Positions 51,309-62,069 of a stretch of 64,000 nucleotides of DNA are shown piece by piece. The notes under the pieces are model-generated. The model was not told where the DNA came from, did no database searches, and saw only the letters and a list, made by a program, of their open reading frames with translations. Source of the stretch: Gammaproteobacteria bacterium (lineage in GTDB: Bacteria; Pseudomonadota; Gammaproteobacteria; Eutrophobiales; Eutrophobiaceae); contig CBDEUK010000002.1 in assembly GCA_965243205.1 (NCBI GenBank), forward strand, positions 1,632,001 through 1,696,000. The letters are read 5' to 3'. The stretch's first letter is position 1. Each line of letters starts with the position of its first letter. The position numbers were made by a program, and so were the translations under genes.

Positions 51309-53345
51309 ATGAATGAGGTACGAATTAAAATGATATCCATTGCGTATATTCCTATCGGATTAGGTGTTCTTGGCCTAATCTCCGCTTTCCTAATATTTGC
51401 TTACATAAAAAAATCCCCCGCCGGTGACGGAAAATTAAAAGAAATCGCTGATGCTATTCACTTAGGTGCAATGGTATTCATGAACAGTGAATACAAACGC
51501 CTAGCGATCTTTTGTTTTATCTGTATTGCCGCAATCGCAACCTCAGATCTAGGTATGAATACAGCTTTAGCTTTCCTATTAGGTGCGGTCTGCTCTGGAA
51601 CTGCGGGTTATTGGGGTATGTATACTGCGACGCATGCAAATGTACGAACCGCTGTTGCTGCCAATACTGAAGGCGCTGCAGAAGCATTAAATATCGCATT
51701 TTTTGGCGGTTCAATTATGGGCCTCACTGTCGCTGCAATGGGTTTATTTGGTATTGGAATTCTTTATCACTTCTTCGCTGGTGACCCGCATACGGTTCAC
51801 GCAATAGAAGGATTTGCAATGGGCGCATCTTCCGTTGCTTTATTCTCTCGCGTTGGTGGTGGAATCTTTACCAAGAGTGCCGATGTCGGCGCTGACCTTG
51901 TTGGAAAAGTTGAAGCTGGCATTCCTGAAGACGATCCACGTAACCCTGGGGTTATTGCAGATAATGTAGGTGACAATGTGGGTGATGTTGCAGGTATGGG
52001 TTCGGACATTTTTGAATCGTATTGCGGTTCGATGATTGCAACTATTGCTTTGGCCACGACCATGAGCTTAACTGAAGTTAGCAAGCTAGCCCCTGGTGGT
52101 GATAGCGGCACTCTAACTTTTATGCCACTGGCATTAGCATCTGCTGGCTTAATTTGTTCTATGCTTGGCATTTTAATGGTTAAAATATTTTCCTCCAAAA
52201 GTCCAGAAACTGCTTTGCGTTTTGGAACGATGGGTGCTTCTATTCTATTTATCATTGCTGCATATTTTCTAATCCAACAGATGGGTGCAGCACATTTAGT
52301 ATGGATAGCTGTATTAAGCGGTGCTGTAGGTGGCATCGTGATTGGCCTAGTAACAGAATTCTACACTGGCGGTTCGCCTATTAGAAAGATCGCCCAAGGT
52401 GGTGAGACTGGCGCCGCAACCGTTATGATCTCAGGTTTAGCTACGGGTATGCAATCCGTCGCCATACCAGTTATTACAATCTGCGCTATCATTTTTACTG
52501 CTAGTCACTTTGCCGGTTTATATGGAGTGGGAATCGCTGCGGTCGGTATGTTGAGTACAGTCGGCATCACCATGGCTATCGATGCTTATGGACCAGTCGC
52601 CGATAACGCAGGTGGCATCGCTGAAATGGCCGAGCTTGGAAAAGAAACTCGTGAAATTACAGACTCTTTAGATGAGGTTGGCAATACAACAGCTGCTATA
52701 GGCAAAGGCTTTGCAATTGGTGCGGCGGCTTTAGCTGCGCTTGCTCTGATTAGTGCTTTCATAGAAAAAATCGTCGCACACAATCCTGGGTTTGTTTTGC
52801 AAATCAATGATCCTCTTGTATTAAGTGGCATGTTCCTTGGTGGTATTTTTCCATTTATTGTCAGTGCATTAACCATGACAGCGGTTGGTGATGCTGCTTT
52901 TGATATGATCAAAGAGATTCGTCGCCAATTTAAGGAAATACCTGGCTTAATGGAAGGCACAGGCAAACCTGATACAGCTCGTTGTGTAGATATTGCTACT
53001 ACCGCTGCTTTAAAACGCATGATTATTCCAGGTTGTTTAGCTGTCTTGGCACCAGTTGTCGTTGGGTTTATCTTAGGCCCTAAAGCATTAGGCGGTATGT
53101 TAGGTGGCGCATTAATTTGCTGTGTAATGATGGCTTTAATGATGGCAAATGCTGGTGGTGCATGGGATAACGCCAAGAAGTTTGTCGAAAAAGGTAACTT
53201 TGGAGGCAAGGGCTCTGAAGTACATAAAGCCGTTGTTGTTGGTGATACTGTTGGCGATCCTTTAAAAGATACCTCAGGCCCTGCGATGAACATTTTAATT
53301 AATGTTATGGCAATCGTAAGTTTGGTTATAGCACCTTTACTTTAA
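51309..53345 (+). CDS. hppA: Membrane-bound cation-translocating pyrophosphatase (K+-dependent type)
   Basis: [51 protein letters not shown]. Confidence 0.94.
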   Translation: MNEVRIKMISIAYIPIGLGVLGLISAFLIFAYIKKSPAGDGKLKEIADAIHLGAMVFMNSEYKRLAIFCFICIAAIATSDLGMNTALAFLLGAVCSGTAGYWGMYTATHANVRTAVAANTEGAAEALNIAFFGGSIMGLTVAAMGLFGIGILYHFFAGDPHTVHAIEGFAMGASSVALFSRVGGGIFTKSADVGADLVGKVEAGIPEDDPRNPGVIADNVGDNVGDVAGMGSDIFESYCGSMIATIALATTMSLTEVSKLAPGGDSGTLTFMPLALASAGLICSMLGILMVKIFSSKSPETALRFGTMGASILFIIAAYFLIQQMGAAHLVWIAVLSGAVGGIVIGLVTEFYTGGSPIRKIAQGGETGAATVMISGLATGMQSVAIPVITICAIIFTASHFAGLYGVGIAAVGMLSTVGITMAIDAYGPVADNAGGIAEMAELGKETREITDSLDEVGNTTAAIGKGFAIGAAALAALALISAFIEKIVAHNPGFVLQINDPLVLSGMFLGGIFPFIVSALTMTAVGDAAFDMIKEIRRQFKEIPGLMEGTGKPDTARCVDIATTAALKRMIIPGCLAVLAPVVVGFILGPKALGGMLGGALICCVMMALMMANAGGAWDNAKKFVEKGNFGGKGSEVHKAVVVGDTVGDPLKDTSGPAMNILINVMAIVSLVIAPLL

Positions 53346-53354
53346 TCGTACATT

Positions 53355-53385
53355 ACTCAGACACATGAAAAACATGTGTCTGAGT
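53355..53385. terminator. Stem-loop between convergent genes
   Basis: actcagacacatg-aaaaa-catgtgtctgagt, 13-bp perfect stem followed by T. Confidence 0.8.
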
Positions 53386-53386
53386 T

Positions 53387-56300
53387 TTATTTTAAAACTT
53401 TTAATGTTGGGGCTTTTCTGTTTAAAGTTTGTGGCTGGCTATCTAATGGCATAGGCTTACCAAATAAATATCCTTGAGCAGTATGACAACCAATATTTTC
53501 TAGATATTCTAATTGCTGTTTTGTTTCCACACCTTCTGCTGTTACTCTTATATTCAAATTCTTAGCTAAATTCACGATAGCTTCACAAATAGCAGCATCA
53601 CTCGGATCAGTTAAAATATCTCGAGTGAATGATCGATCAATTTTTAATACACTGATTGGGAATTTCTTTATATATGCTAATGATGAATAACCCGTACCAA
53701 AATCATCTAGTGAAATACTCAAGCCAAGATCACATAATTCTGTAAGGATTTTTTCACTACTTTCAGGATCACTCATTAAAATACTTTCTGTAATTTCTAA
53801 ATCGATCAATCTCGGCTCAAGACCCACCTTAAAAATCGTATCTTGTATGGATTTAACTATATCAGCTTGTTGAAACTGTCTAGCAGATAAATTAATAGAG
53901 ATTCTTATTTCTGAATTATTCTGTTTCGATAAATCTTTAATTTTTTGACAAGCCGTTTCTAAAACCCATAAACCAACAGAATTTATTAAACCCGTTTCTT
54001 CAAGAATAGGAATGAAATCTAAAGGAGAAACCAAGCCTAACTCATCGTGATACCATCGTAGTAATGCTTCATAACCAATCAATTCATTTGAGTTTATATC
54101 AACTAATGGTTGGTAATAAATCATGAAATCATTATTTTTCGCAGCAACCCTAAGTTTATTTTCGAAAGATAGTTGTTGTAGCGATCTTTCATTCATTTGT
54201 TTAGTATAAAATTTATAGTTATTACGACCAGCGGCTTTAGCTGAATACATAGCTGCATCTGCATTCTTCAATAATGTGGCAATGTCATCACCATCCTCTG
54301 GAAATAAACTTATACCGATACTAGGACTAATAATAATTTCTTGACGGTCTAAATCGAACGGCCTTGCAAGAGAAGCAATTATATTATTTGCGACACGTGA
54401 TACAGAACTACTACTTTTTACATCACTTAGTAATACCGTAAACTCATCACCGCCCAAACGGGCAACAGTATCTGAATCTCTTACACACTCAACAAGCCTA
54501 TCTGCAACATCTCTTAGTAACCTATCCCCTGCATCATGTCCTAAAGAGTCATTAACATATTTAAATCGGTCAAGATCGATAAACAATAATGCAATTTTAG
54601 AATCTACTCTTTTAGCCTTTTTATAACCATGTTCCAATCGATCCATAAATAATGAACGGTTTGGCAATCCTGTCAAAGTATCAAAATTAGCCAGTTTTTT
54701 TAATTCGATTTCTGTTTCCTTTTTAACAGTAATATCTTCATATAACCAAATTGATCCTTTCTCTGGCTTACCTTCCACAATCGATTTTGCAGATATAGCA
54801 CACCAAAAATATTCGCCTTCTTTTCGCTTAACTTTCCATTCACTTGAATAAGTCTCTCCTTTTCTTAATAAAGGATAAGCAAGTTCTCCAAGAGTATCGA
54901 AATCGTTAATATCAGAAAACAAAACCTCTGTAGTTAAACCTTCCAACTCATCTCGTTTATAACCGAATAACTCTTCAAACTTTTGGTTAACTGAAATAAA
55001 TTTTCTGTCCACAAGATGAGCGATACCAACTAAAGCGTTTTCAAGAATGGCCCTTGTGTGATGTTCACTTTCTTCTAACGCATCTTTTGCAGAAGATAGT
55101 TCTTTGATTAATTTCTGGTTGCTTTCAGCAAATCGATTAAAATCACTAGCGACATTTAAAAATTCATCCTGAGAAAAATCATCCAACTTTAATCGAACTG
55201 TAAATTCTCCGCTGATCAATTTACTCATGCCATTTTTTATTTTTTCTAATGGGATATTAATTCTATTTACTACATAATTAATCCCAAATAAGATAATCAT
55301 AACAACGACAAAACTTGCAACACTAACAAGCAAATTACTTGCTTCATTTAGCTTATATGTCTTTCCACTTATAGAATTCGATAGATCCACCGTATAATGA
55401 GATAATTTCTCAAGATCATTCATCATTTTTTTCACCGATAAGTGCAACATATCAGTGTTTTGTTTTGATATATCTTTCTGTTCTAGATTTTTTAACCGTA
55501 ACTCATAAATTGAATCATCAAACTTATTAGCAATTAAAATCTCAAACAAATGATCAATGGAAACATTCAAATAGTTAATTTTTTCTAGCAATAACGGATA
55601 TCCTTGTAAATCATTTTCCATCCAACCTAAAGCGGTATTAATGATATTTATATTTTGAATGATTTCATTATCTCGAATACCTACTAGTGCATCCTTTTCG
55701 GTTTCTTGAATAATTTTTCTACTTAATTGAACCATCTGACCAACACTCATCTGCACTTGATTACTGGCCTTTAAAATTCTTGGGTTATCGCCAGCATAAA
55801 CTCCATGCATAGCCTCTATTACTAATAATTCATTATTATTTTCTTCAAGTACTTTCCTTAATTTCCGCCTTGCTTTACTGTTTTCTAATTGAATAATGCC
55901 GCCAATATTTTCTGCAGAATTTGATATTTTTTGCACAAACAACTCTAATTGAAGTGCTTTTAATCGAAGCAGACCATCGATATCTAATATATTTTTTTGA
56001 GTATCAGTTATAACCTGATCGAATTTTTTAAATGTTAAATAATCAGCTTCTAATTGTTCAATAATCGATATAGCAAGTTCATCATCCTCAAATAAATTTC
56101 TTATTTTTTTTAATTCTATTTCAAATTTTTCTTCTAAGTCTTTTCTATCTTTATATTTATCTATTTCGGAAGAAGTTTTTGCAGAAATAATATTTGATTT
56201 TCTCAATATAAAACTGCTCATTATTTCTATTAATTTCGAACTTACTTTTTCTATCTCTATAGCTTTTTCAATATTGCTATGATGCCTCTGATTAACCCAT

Positions 56301-56401
56301 TTATTGGTTAAGATAACTGAAAAAACCAACAAGAATATAATAGCTGAGCAACCTAGAGCCCAATTGGTCAATAATTTTTTTATACTTAATTGTTTAAACA
56401 T
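53387..56401 (-). CDS. Membrane sensor diguanylate cyclase/phosphodiesterase (periplasmic-HAMP-PAS-GGDEF-EAL)
   Basis: Two TM segments, PAS, DTLTGLPNR, RLGGDEF, YEALLRW, DDFGTGYSSL, AEGVET. Confidence 0.92.
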   Translation of the reverse strand: MFKQLSIKKLLTNWALGCSAIIFLLVFSVILTNKWVNQRHHSNIEKAIEIEKVSSKLIEIMSSFILRKSNIISAKTSSEIDKYKDRKDLEEKFEIELKKIRNLFEDDELAISIIEQLEADYLTFKKFDQVITDTQKNILDIDGLLRLKALQLELFVQKISNSAENIGGIIQLENSKARRKLRKVLEENNNELLVIEAMHGVYAGDNPRILKASNQVQMSVGQMVQLSRKIIQETEKDALVGIRDNEIIQNINIINTALGWMENDLQGYPLLLEKINYLNVSIDHLFEILIANKFDDSIYELRLKNLEQKDISKQNTDMLHLSVKKMMNDLEKLSHYTVDLSNSISGKTYKLNEASNLLVSVASFVVVMIILFGINYVVNRINIPLEKIKNGMSKLISGEFTVRLKLDDFSQDEFLNVASDFNRFAESNQKLIKELSSAKDALEESEHHTRAILENALVGIAHLVDRKFISVNQKFEELFGYKRDELEGLTTEVLFSDINDFDTLGELAYPLLRKGETYSSEWKVKRKEGEYFWCAISAKSIVEGKPEKGSIWLYEDITVKKETEIELKKLANFDTLTGLPNRSLFMDRLEHGYKKAKRVDSKIALLFIDLDRFKYVNDSLGHDAGDRLLRDVADRLVECVRDSDTVARLGGDEFTVLLSDVKSSSSVSRVANNIIASLARPFDLDRQEIIISPSIGISLFPEDGDDIATLLKNADAAMYSAKAAGRNNYKFYTKQMNERSLQQLSFENKLRVAAKNNDFMIYYQPLVDINSNELIGYEALLRWYHDELGLVSPLDFIPILEETGLINSVGLWVLETACQKIKDLSKQNNSEIRISINLSARQFQQADIVKSIQDTIFKVGLEPRLIDLEITESILMSDPESSEKILTELCDLGLSISLDDFGTGYSSLAYIKKFPISVLKIDRSFTRDILTDPSDAAICEAIVNLAKNLNIRVTAEGVETKQQLEYLENIGCHTAQGYLFGKPMPLDSQPQTLNRKAPTLKVLK

Positions 56402-56404
56402 AAA

Positions 56405-57640
56405 TCATCCTTGGTTTATATTTTCTTGTATTCTAAAACGTATATTTTTTTCTATATACAATTCTTCAAATACACCGTCTATGATTCTCATTGGCCATAC
56501 TTTATGCACAGCTTGGTTTATATTTTTGCCAAAATTAATATCTATTCCTAATCCTATATCTAGAGCCTTAATTTCATAAATAGAATTGACAATACTTTCT
56601 CTAGTGATATCTCCTTTAATCTTTTTTAAACCTTCAACAAATATTTTAGCGATAATATAACCTTCGAATGAAATAAAGCCTGGAGTAACTTGAGAATCAT
56701 ACAATGAAAGATATTTTTTATATTCTGAAGCTATCAAAAGATTAGAATTAAAATGTGGTACTACTTGAGTAACAATAACTCCTTCAGCATCATCACCAAG
56801 TTCATTTAATAAGGATAAACTACCTACAAACGATAAATTTAAAAATTGAACGTTTGGCAATTCTTTTTTAGCAAGTTTAATAAATTTTGCAGATGGCGCA
56901 TATCCACCAGCTAATATAATAACTTTTGGTTCGACTTCAGCGTCTAATATAGTTGCTAACGCCGCTTCTACATTCAACGTATTTCGAGAATATCTTCCAT
57001 GCGCAAGCCTATTGGTTTCATAAAATCCATACTCTTCTAAAGCTGCTGTTGCTCCACGATATCCTGCATCACCATAACCATCTTTTTGTGTAAAAAAAGC
57101 GATTTCTTCAGGTTTGATTCCTTGATTAATGATCCAATCGATCATCGTTGCAGCTTCTTCGTAATAACTCGCACGATAATTAAAAATATATTGTTGTTCT
57201 GATTGTTTTCTTAACAATGACGCACCAGTAACCGAACCAAATAATACTGTTTTTGATTCTTGAATGATTGGAACCGTCACTATCGCTGTAGGCGTACCAA
57301 CATTACCTATTAATGCTAATACATTCTCTTTTTCAATTAGTTCTCGTGTATTAGGTGCCGCAAGCTTTGGTTCATAACGATCGTCTTTAACGATCAATTT
57401 TAATTTACGACCTTTAATACCACCTTCGTGATTTATTTTTTTAAAATACGTCTCTATTCCAATACGAACATTTTTCCCAATATCTTCTAAAGGGCCACTC
57501 AAGGCAGTCGACATGCCTATACGTATTTCCTCAGCAAAAAGAATATTAGGGTATAAACTGAAGGCGAGAAGAAGGGTAAGAAAGTACCTATAAGGCAACT
57601 TTGCCTGAAAATCCGATTTTTCGATGGTAGGTATACTCAA
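56405..57640 (-). CDS. Periplasmic binding protein, type I (LivK-like) (start uncertain)
   Basis: IGMSTALSGP, INHEGGIKGRKL, DDRYEP, GNVGTPT, RASY..E; no ABC permease genes adjacent. Confidence 0.85.
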   Translation of the reverse strand: MSIPTIEKSDFQAKLPYRYFLTLLLAFSLYPNILFAEEIRIGMSTALSGPLEDIGKNVRIGIETYFKKINHEGGIKGRKLKLIVKDDRYEPKLAAPNTRELIEKENVLALIGNVGTPTAIVTVPIIQESKTVLFGSVTGASLLRKQSEQQYIFNYRASYYEEAATMIDWIINQGIKPEEIAFFTQKDGYGDAGYRGATAALEEYGFYETNRLAHGRYSRNTLNVEAALATILDAEVEPKVIILAGGYAPSAKFIKLAKKELPNVQFLNLSFVGSLSLLNELGDDAEGVIVTQVVPHFNSNLLIASEYKKYLSLYDSQVTPGFISFEGYIIAKIFVEGLKKIKGDITRESIVNSIYEIKALDIGLGIDINFGKNINQAVHKVWPMRIIDGVFEELYIEKNIRFRIQENINQG

Positions 57641-57742
57641 TTGTTAACCACTTCAGTTACTAACAAATCGTATAAAAATTAATTTTTTATTTAAGTTTAG
57701 ATAATGAATCTAAGATTATCGACTTTTTGAGAAATTTATTGA

Positions 57743-58444
57743 CTATTTTTTTAATAATTTTAAATACTTCACACCACCCAAGCTTTTGATAGCCATTTCT
57801 ATCTTAGATGATCTCTTTACTACATATTTCGATGGATTCTCAATCAACATTTTCTTCGGATTAGGTAGAACTGCCGCTAATAAAGATGCCTCTCTTATTG
57901 TCAATTTTTCAGCTGATTTATCGAAAAATATCTGGCTTGCAATTTCAGCACCGTAGATACCTTGACCGAATTCAACAACGTTAAGATAAACCTCTAAAAT
58001 TCTCTGCTTAGTCCAAAAAAGTTCTATTAAAACAGTAAAGTAAGCTTCAACAGCTTTTCTAAAATAACTTCTGGTTGGCAGTAAATAAAGATTTTTAGCT
58101 AATTGTTGTGAAATGGTGCTCGCACCGCGTATACGCGTACGGTCTTCTGCAAGAGCAGTTTGAATGGAGTCAAAATCAAATCCGTAATGGTGTGGAAATT
58201 TTTGATCTTCTGAGGCAATAACAGCGATCGCTAAATATGGTGAAATTTTATCTATTGAAACCCATCGATATTGGATATCAACTTCATTAACAATTTTTTC
58301 ATGTAGCATAAATGCCGTGATTGGCGGTGGAAACCATCGCCAAGGCAATACTAATATAACGCCGATAAATACAACGAATAGAATAATAAACAATAATGTA
58401 AAACAACATTTATCCCATAATGAAGACGTTTTAGATTGGCTCAC
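57743..58444 (-). CDS. mtgA: Monofunctional peptidoglycan transglycosylase
   Basis: ASEDQKF..H.GFD, RGASTISQQLAKNL, RILEVYLNVVEFG. Confidence 0.94.
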   Translation of the reverse strand: MSQSKTSSLWDKCCFTLLFIILFVVFIGVILVLPWRWFPPPITAFMLHEKIVNEVDIQYRWVSIDKISPYLAIAVIASEDQKFPHHYGFDFDSIQTALAEDRTRIRGASTISQQLAKNLYLLPTRSYFRKAVEAYFTVLIELFWTKQRILEVYLNVVEFGQGIYGAEIASQIFFDKSAEKLTIREASLLAAVLPNPKKMLIENPSKYVVKRSSKIEMAIKSLGGVKYLKLLKK

Positions 58445-58464
58445 TGAAAATTATTATTCACAAA

Positions 58465-59730
58465 TTAAACATCAAAACTCGTTGGTAATTTTTTCTCAAC
58501 TAAAATATTTTTTAACTGAACATAGTCAGGCATGCCATTATGATAAGGAGGGTAATCTTCACCTTGAACCAATGGTAATAAATAATCTCGACATGCTTGA
58601 GTGATCCCAAACCCGTCATCACTGATAAATTCATTAGGCATAAATTTTTCAACATTAGCAACTTCTGACAACGGAGCCGAAACTATTTCCCATTGATAAG
58701 GGTTATTAGACAAACGCTTTATTGCTGGCATAATTGCATTTGAACCAGAAAGAGCTAATTCAACCGCTGCTTTACCAACAGCATAAGCCTGATCTACATC
58801 TGTTTTAGAAGCAATGTGTCGAGCTGAACGTTGTAAATAATCAGCAACAGCCCAATGAAATTTATAACCTAATGATTCTTTAACCATATTTGCCACAACT
58901 GGAGCAGCTCCACCCAATTGAGCATGCCCAAAAGCATCCTTGGTGCCTTGTTCAGCTAGAAACGTACCATTAGGCCAACGCGCACCTTCTGAAACAACAA
59001 CTGTACAATATCCAAAACGATTAACATTTTCTTTTACTCTGGAAATAAACTCATCTTGTTTAAAATCAACTTCGGGAAAAAGAATGACAATGGGTATATC
59101 ATTTTTTTCATCAGCAGCCAGACCACCTGCGGCAGCGATCCAACCAGCATGGCGTCCCATAACTTCGATAACAAAAACCTTAGTCGAAGTTTTTGCCATT
59201 GAAACAACGTCGTATGAAGCTTCTCTAGTGGATACAGCAATATACTTTGCAACTGAGCCAAACCCTGGACAGTTATCTGTAATAGGTAAATCGTTATCGA
59301 CAGTCTTAGGTACATGCACAGCTTGGATTGGATAACCTAAGTTTTCGGACAATTGGGAAATCTTATGGCATGTATCGGCAGAGTCTCCACCGCCATTGTA
59401 GAAAAAATAACCAATATTATGTGCTTTAAATACTTCTATGAGTCTTTCGTATTCGGCTTTGTTTTCTTCAAGGCTCTTAAGTTTATATCGACACGATCCA
59501 AAGGCGCCCGACGGTGTATGCCTTAATGCCGCAATATCTTCATTGGACTCTAAATTAGTATCAATTAGTTGTTCTGTTAAAGCACCAATAATTCCATTTT
59601 TGCCAGCGTAAACAGTACCAATTTTATCTTTATGTGCTCGAGCTGTTTCAATAACACCACAGGCACTCGCATTAATTACTGCTGTTACCCCACCCGATTG
59701 TGCATAAAATGCATTTTTTATATCGCTCAT
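58465..59730 (-). CDS. pfp: Phosphofructokinase, PPi-dependent type
   Basis: AQSGGVTAVIN, NGGGDS (Asp at the PPi-selecting position), PKTVDND, EVMGRHAGW. Confidence 0.85.
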   Translation of the reverse strand: MSDIKNAFYAQSGGVTAVINASACGVIETARAHKDKIGTVYAGKNGIIGALTEQLIDTNLESNEDIAALRHTPSGAFGSCRYKLKSLEENKAEYERLIEVFKAHNIGYFFYNGGGDSADTCHKISQLSENLGYPIQAVHVPKTVDNDLPITDNCPGFGSVAKYIAVSTREASYDVVSMAKTSTKVFVIEVMGRHAGWIAAAGGLAADEKNDIPIVILFPEVDFKQDEFISRVKENVNRFGYCTVVVSEGARWPNGTFLAEQGTKDAFGHAQLGGAAPVVANMVKESLGYKFHWAVADYLQRSARHIASKTDVDQAYAVGKAAVELALSGSNAIMPAIKRLSNNPYQWEIVSAPLSEVANVEKFMPNEFISDDGFGITQACRDYLLPLVQGEDYPPYHNGMPDYVQLKNILVEKKLPTSFDV

Positions 59731-59869
59731 TATTGCCTCTTTTGTATTACCGTTTTTGATATAAAGTTAACATTATCATGTTAAAATATGTTGAAGTATT
59801 GAGATACTAAATGTGAACTTAAATCTTTCAAAACTCTCAAATTATTCATTCAATTGTGACAAATTACGC

Positions 59870-61315
59870 ATGAAATTCCGAGAGTATATTTTATTATTTT
59901 TTCTGATTTCTTTACCTTTATCTGCCTTTGAAGATCAAAACCTTCCTGATATAGGTGATTCATCTGGCTCCCTAATCTCTCCTGAATTTGATCGTCGATT
60001 AGGCAATGCTTTTCTACGCGAAGTTAGGCGTACAACTAGACTTGTCTACGACCCTGAGGTTGAAGCCTATATTGATTCTATTGGTTATCGCCTTGCTACT
60101 AATAGCGACAATAATCGTCAATTATTTACTTTTTTCGTAATCGATAACTCAATGATCAATGCTTTTGCAGGGCCTGGCGGTGTAATCGGCATTAATAGTG
60201 GTGTGATTTTAAGTTCTCATACCGAAAGCGAACTTGCTGGCGTAATAGCTCATGAAATCGCTCACGTTACGCAACGACATTTGGCCAGATCATTTGAACA
60301 AGCTAGTAAATTTAGCATTCCCACCGCTGCAGCATTAATTGGATCAATTATTTTAGGCACACAAAATCCTGAGGCGGGCGCTGCTGCCTTACAAGCAACG
60401 ATAGGCATCAGTACTCAGGCCCAAATTAACTTCACTCGGGCGAACGAAAAAGAAGCGGACAATATCGGCATGCAACTATTAGTACGTTCAGGTTTTGATC
60501 CATACGGCATGCCCGGATTTTTTGAAAAGTTACAACAAGGCTCTAAATATTATTCAGGTAATGCACCAGAGTTTTTACGTACTCACCCGCTTACTAGCTC
60601 TCGTATTGCAGAATCTCAAGCCAGAGCCGCTGAATATCCTGCTGTAAAGCCGATTAATTCAGAATCATATTTCCTGATTCGAACAAAACTGCATGTGAAT
60701 TCATTTGCCAAACCCAAACAAGCTGTTGCTGAATATTTAGAACGCCTGCAAATTGCTAACTCTACTTCTGAGTTTTCAATCGCACGATATGGTTATGCAC
60801 TAGCCTTGTTAAGAGACAAACAATTTAAACCTGCTCAACAACAAATAAAAAAACTATTAGAGAAAGATCCGCATAACAGCTCTTATTTACTTACTTCAGC
60901 TAATATTGAATCTGAAGCAGGCAACTATACTAAGGCAATTAAAATATATAAAGATATGGAAAATCTATATCCTGATTACCGACCATTGATACTCAACTAT
61001 GCAAAAACTCTATTGGATTTTGAAAAACCCGACCAAGCACGGTTAGTTCTTTTAGCTTATGGTCGTAATCATGACTCAGATATCAGTTATCTAAATTTAT
61101 TATCTCAAGCAGAAGCGCAAGCTGGATATGAATCTGAGTCACATATCGTAAAATCAGAATTTTATTATCTATTAGGTGATACTGAATTAGCTATAAGACG
61201 TTTACGCTTAGCAGAAAAACAAAAAGATTTAGATTATTATCAAAGAGAACGTATCAAGGCATTATTAACACAATATGAATATGAACGAGGACTTGAAAAG
61301 GAATTAGAGCTTTAA
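59870..61315 (+). CDS. bepA: M48 metalloprotease with TPRs (BepA/YfgC)
   Basis: LPDIG, INAFAGPGG, AHEIAHVTQRH, EKEAD, FLRTHP; ATG at 59870. Confidence 0.9.
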   Translation: MKFREYILLFFLISLPLSAFEDQNLPDIGDSSGSLISPEFDRRLGNAFLREVRRTTRLVYDPEVEAYIDSIGYRLATNSDNNRQLFTFFVIDNSMINAFAGPGGVIGINSGVILSSHTESELAGVIAHEIAHVTQRHLARSFEQASKFSIPTAAALIGSIILGTQNPEAGAAALQATIGISTQAQINFTRANEKEADNIGMQLLVRSGFDPYGMPGFFEKLQQGSKYYSGNAPEFLRTHPLTSSRIAESQARAAEYPAVKPINSESYFLIRTKLHVNSFAKPKQAVAEYLERLQIANSTSEFSIARYGYALALLRDKQFKPAQQQIKKLLEKDPHNSSYLLTSANIESEAGNYTKAIKIYKDMENLYPDYRPLILNYAKTLLDFEKPDQARLVLLAYGRNHDSDISYLNLLSQAEAQAGYESESHIVKSEFYYLLGDTELAIRRLRLAEKQKDLDYYQRERIKALLTQYEYERGLEKELEL

Positions 61316-61747
61316 ATGAATAAACGAACTTTTTTAAAAATTTTAACTTTTTCTTTTATTGCATATCCAATTAGAACTCTTGCTGATTGGAACACAAAAG
61401 CTTTTTGGGCTAGCAAACAAGAAAATTCTCTTAAGAATTTATTTCCAGATAAAACGATTACTGAAAGTGATCAAATCTCTATTGGCGTTAACTCGTTTAT
61501 TGAAAATGGCGCTGTGGTACCAATTAAGATAAAAACAGATTTACCCAATGTATCCTCTATTTCAATTTATGTCGAAAATAACCCTAATCCATTAATTGCT
61601 CATTTTGAATTTAGCCCACGTTCTAAAGGGTTCATTGCTACACGTATTAAAGTGGAAAAACCATCAAACATCATGGCATTGGTCAATTCTAACGATCAAT
61701 TATTTTCGTCAACTAAATTCATCGAAGTCGCTGAAGGCGGCTGTTAA
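61316..61747 (+). CDS. soxY: SoxY-like sulfur carrier protein
   Basis: Tat-like KRTFLK, ENGAVVP, VENNPNPL, TRIK, C-terminal GGC. Confidence 0.82.
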   Translation: MNKRTFLKILTFSFIAYPIRTLADWNTKAFWASKQENSLKNLFPDKTITESDQISIGVNSFIENGAVVPIKIKTDLPNVSSISIYVENNPNPLIAHFEFSPRSKGFIATRIKVEKPSNIMALVNSNDQLFSSTKFIEVAEGGC

Positions 61748-61754
61748 TAATAAC

Positions 61755-62069
61755 ATGGCTTCAACGATTAAAATTAGAACTTCAGTCAAAGATAATACTG
61801 CCAATGTGCGTTGTATTATACGCCACCCTATGGAAACAGGTTTTCGTATTGATTCTGAAACAAATCAACCAATCCCATTTCATTTTATCAAACATGTCTT
61901 TTGTTATCACAAAGATGAATTAATACTTGAATGTGATTGGAGTAGAGCGGTTTCTAGAAACCCTTATTTAGAATTTGAATTTGAGGGTGCTGAGGTTGGA
62001 GACGAACTATTGATTAAATGGATTGATACTAAAGATAAAGAAGACTCTATTATTATTAATTTAAAATAA
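61755..62069 (+). CDS. soxZ: SoxZ-like sulfur carrier protein
   Basis: IRHPMETGFR, PFHFI, AVSRNPYLEF, W.D; ATG at 61755. Confidence 0.85.
   Translation: MASTIKIRTSVKDNTANVRCIIRHPMETGFRIDSETNQPIPFHFIKHVFCYHKDELILECDWSRAVSRNPYLEFEFEGAEVGDELLIKWIDTKDKEDSIIINLK

Noticed and set aside
51797-53293. Long antisense ORFs (179 and 235 aa) inside hppA
   Set aside because: Shadow frames of a conserved hydrophobic gene; similar shadows occur in tonB, hemX, ppx, pstC and pfp
61596-61754. N-terminal extension of the 157-aa soxZ ORF
   Set aside because: Overlaps soxY out of frame; SoxZ similarity begins at ATG 61755
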